Source of the DNA: a virus
Taxonomy: Duplodnaviria > Heunggongvirae > Uroviricota > Caudoviricetes
DNA: 16,929 bases
Virus record (IMG/VR): IMGVR_UViG_3300028995_000083
Span: 1-16,929 of that record
Reading direction: 5' to 3' (one strand)
Shown here: piece by piece, positions 16,265 to 16,929 of the stretch
Position numbering within the stretch: position 1 is the stretch's first letter
Layout: every line of letters starts with the position of its first letter
Position numbers and translations under genes: made by a program
Notes under the pieces: model-generated
What the model was told of the DNA's origin: nothing
Seen by the model: only the letters and a program-made list of their open reading frames with translations
Databases searched by the model: none

Positions 16265-16642
16265 GTGAAACATAAACAACGTTGGGCGGGGGCAATCTGC
16301 TGTTTTGTCCTCTTCATTGTGGTGTGCCTTTTTCTGGCGACGCACATGAAAGGCGCTTTTCGGGCTGCCGGGCATCCTGAAATCGGCTTGCTATTTTTCA
16401 TTCTTCCTGGAGCAGTCGCCAGCTTCTTTTCACAGCGTAGAGAAGTCCTGAAACCTCTGTTTGGCGCAATGCTGGCGGCACCCTGTTCGATGCTCATTAT
16501 GCGGCTGTTTTTTTCACCGACGCGCTCATTCTGGCAAGAGCTGGCATGGTTACTAAGCGCGGTGTTCTGGTGTGCGCTGGGGGCACTGTGTTTCTTATTT
16601 ATCAGTAGTTTGTTTAAACCACAGCACAGAAAAAATCAGTAA
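16265..16642 (+). CDS. ybjM: Inner membrane protein YbjM
   Basis: 125-aa hydrophobic protein MKHKQRWAGAICCFVLFIVVCLFLATHMKG...; AGGAGGA RBS before GTG 16265; conserved position between ybjL and grxA. Confidence 0.85.
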   Translation: MKHKQRWAGAICCFVLFIVVCLFLATHMKGAFRAAGHPEIGLLFFILPGAVASFFSQRREVLKPLFGAMLAAPCSMLIMRLFFSPTRSFWQELAWLLSAVFWCALGALCFLFISSLFKPQHRKNQ

Positions 16643-16663
16643 AGCCCTCAACGCGAGGGCTTG
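16643..16663. terminator. Candidate bidirectional terminator between convergent ybjM and grxA
   Basis: Hairpin AGCCCTC-aacgc-GAGGGCT between the two stop codons; T-rich tract on the minus strand side. Confidence 0.4.
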
Positions 16664-16671
16664 TCAGACGA

Positions 16672-16929
16672 TCAGGCGTCCAGATTTTCTTTCACCCATG
16701 CAGCAAAATCGGTATAGCCGCCGATATGTTGCTGATCGACAAAAATCTGCGGCACGGTTTCTACGGGTTTACCTGCCTTTTGTTGTAGATCTTCTTTAGT
16801 GATCCCTTCCGCACGAATATCTACATACTGATACTGAAAATCATCGCGTTCATTGCTCAATTTCTCAGCCAGATCTTTTGCACGCACACAGTAAGGGCAA
16901 CCCGGACGACCAAAAATAACGGTTTGCAT
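16672..16929 (-). CDS. grxA: Glutaredoxin 1
   Basis: 85 aa with MQTVIFGRPGCPYCVRAKDLAEKL... containing the CPYC glutaredoxin active site; the window ends exactly at its ATG. Confidence 0.95.
   Translation of the reverse strand: MQTVIFGRPGCPYCVRAKDLAEKLSNERDDFQYQYVDIRAEGITKEDLQQKAGKPVETVPQIFVDQQHIGGYTDFAAWVKENLDA

Noticed and set aside
16178-16497. Minus-strand ORFs (65 and 81 aa) in the ybjL-ybjM intergenic region and over the start of ybjM
   Set aside because: Overlap the ybjM start and promoter region; low-complexity basic products; no RBS; ybjM on the plus strand has a strong AGGAGGA RBS.
1-16929. CRISPR arrays, rRNA or insertion sequences
   Set aside because: No regularly spaced short direct repeats, no rRNA-like conserved blocks, and no transposase ORF or terminal inverted repeats were seen anywhere in the window.

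Overview
This window holds a defective 186/P2-family prophage (about 19..14096) inserted next to the E. coli ybjL-ybjM-grxA locus (14310..16929). The prophage keeps a complete lysogeny/early module: integrase, a small secreted protein, CI-type repressor, Apl/Cox-like protein, CII, three small hypothetical proteins, a TraR/DksA zinc-finger protein, Dam methylase and the gene-A-type replication endonuclease. Downstream sits a LexA box followed by a small ORF and a DinI-family gene (Tum-like SOS module). Only the tail end of the late region survives: a 5'-truncated tape-measure pseudogene, U, D and ogr. No capsid, terminase, portal, sheath, tube or fibre genes are present. A 22-bp direct repeat (19..40 and 14075..14096, one mismatch) marks the likely attL/attR cores. 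The most interesting part is the AT-rich cargo island at about 7995..11235, at the position equivalent to the P2 tin/old variable region. It carries a translationally coupled pair (71-aa protein plus 280-aa three-TM membrane protein) and a separate 557-aa protein with a C-terminal glycine-zipper-like hydrophobic segment. I recognise no family for any of the three, so they are my candidates for an undescribed anti-phage or abortive-infection system. All calls rest on reading the ORF translations and the DNA by eye; no searches were run.
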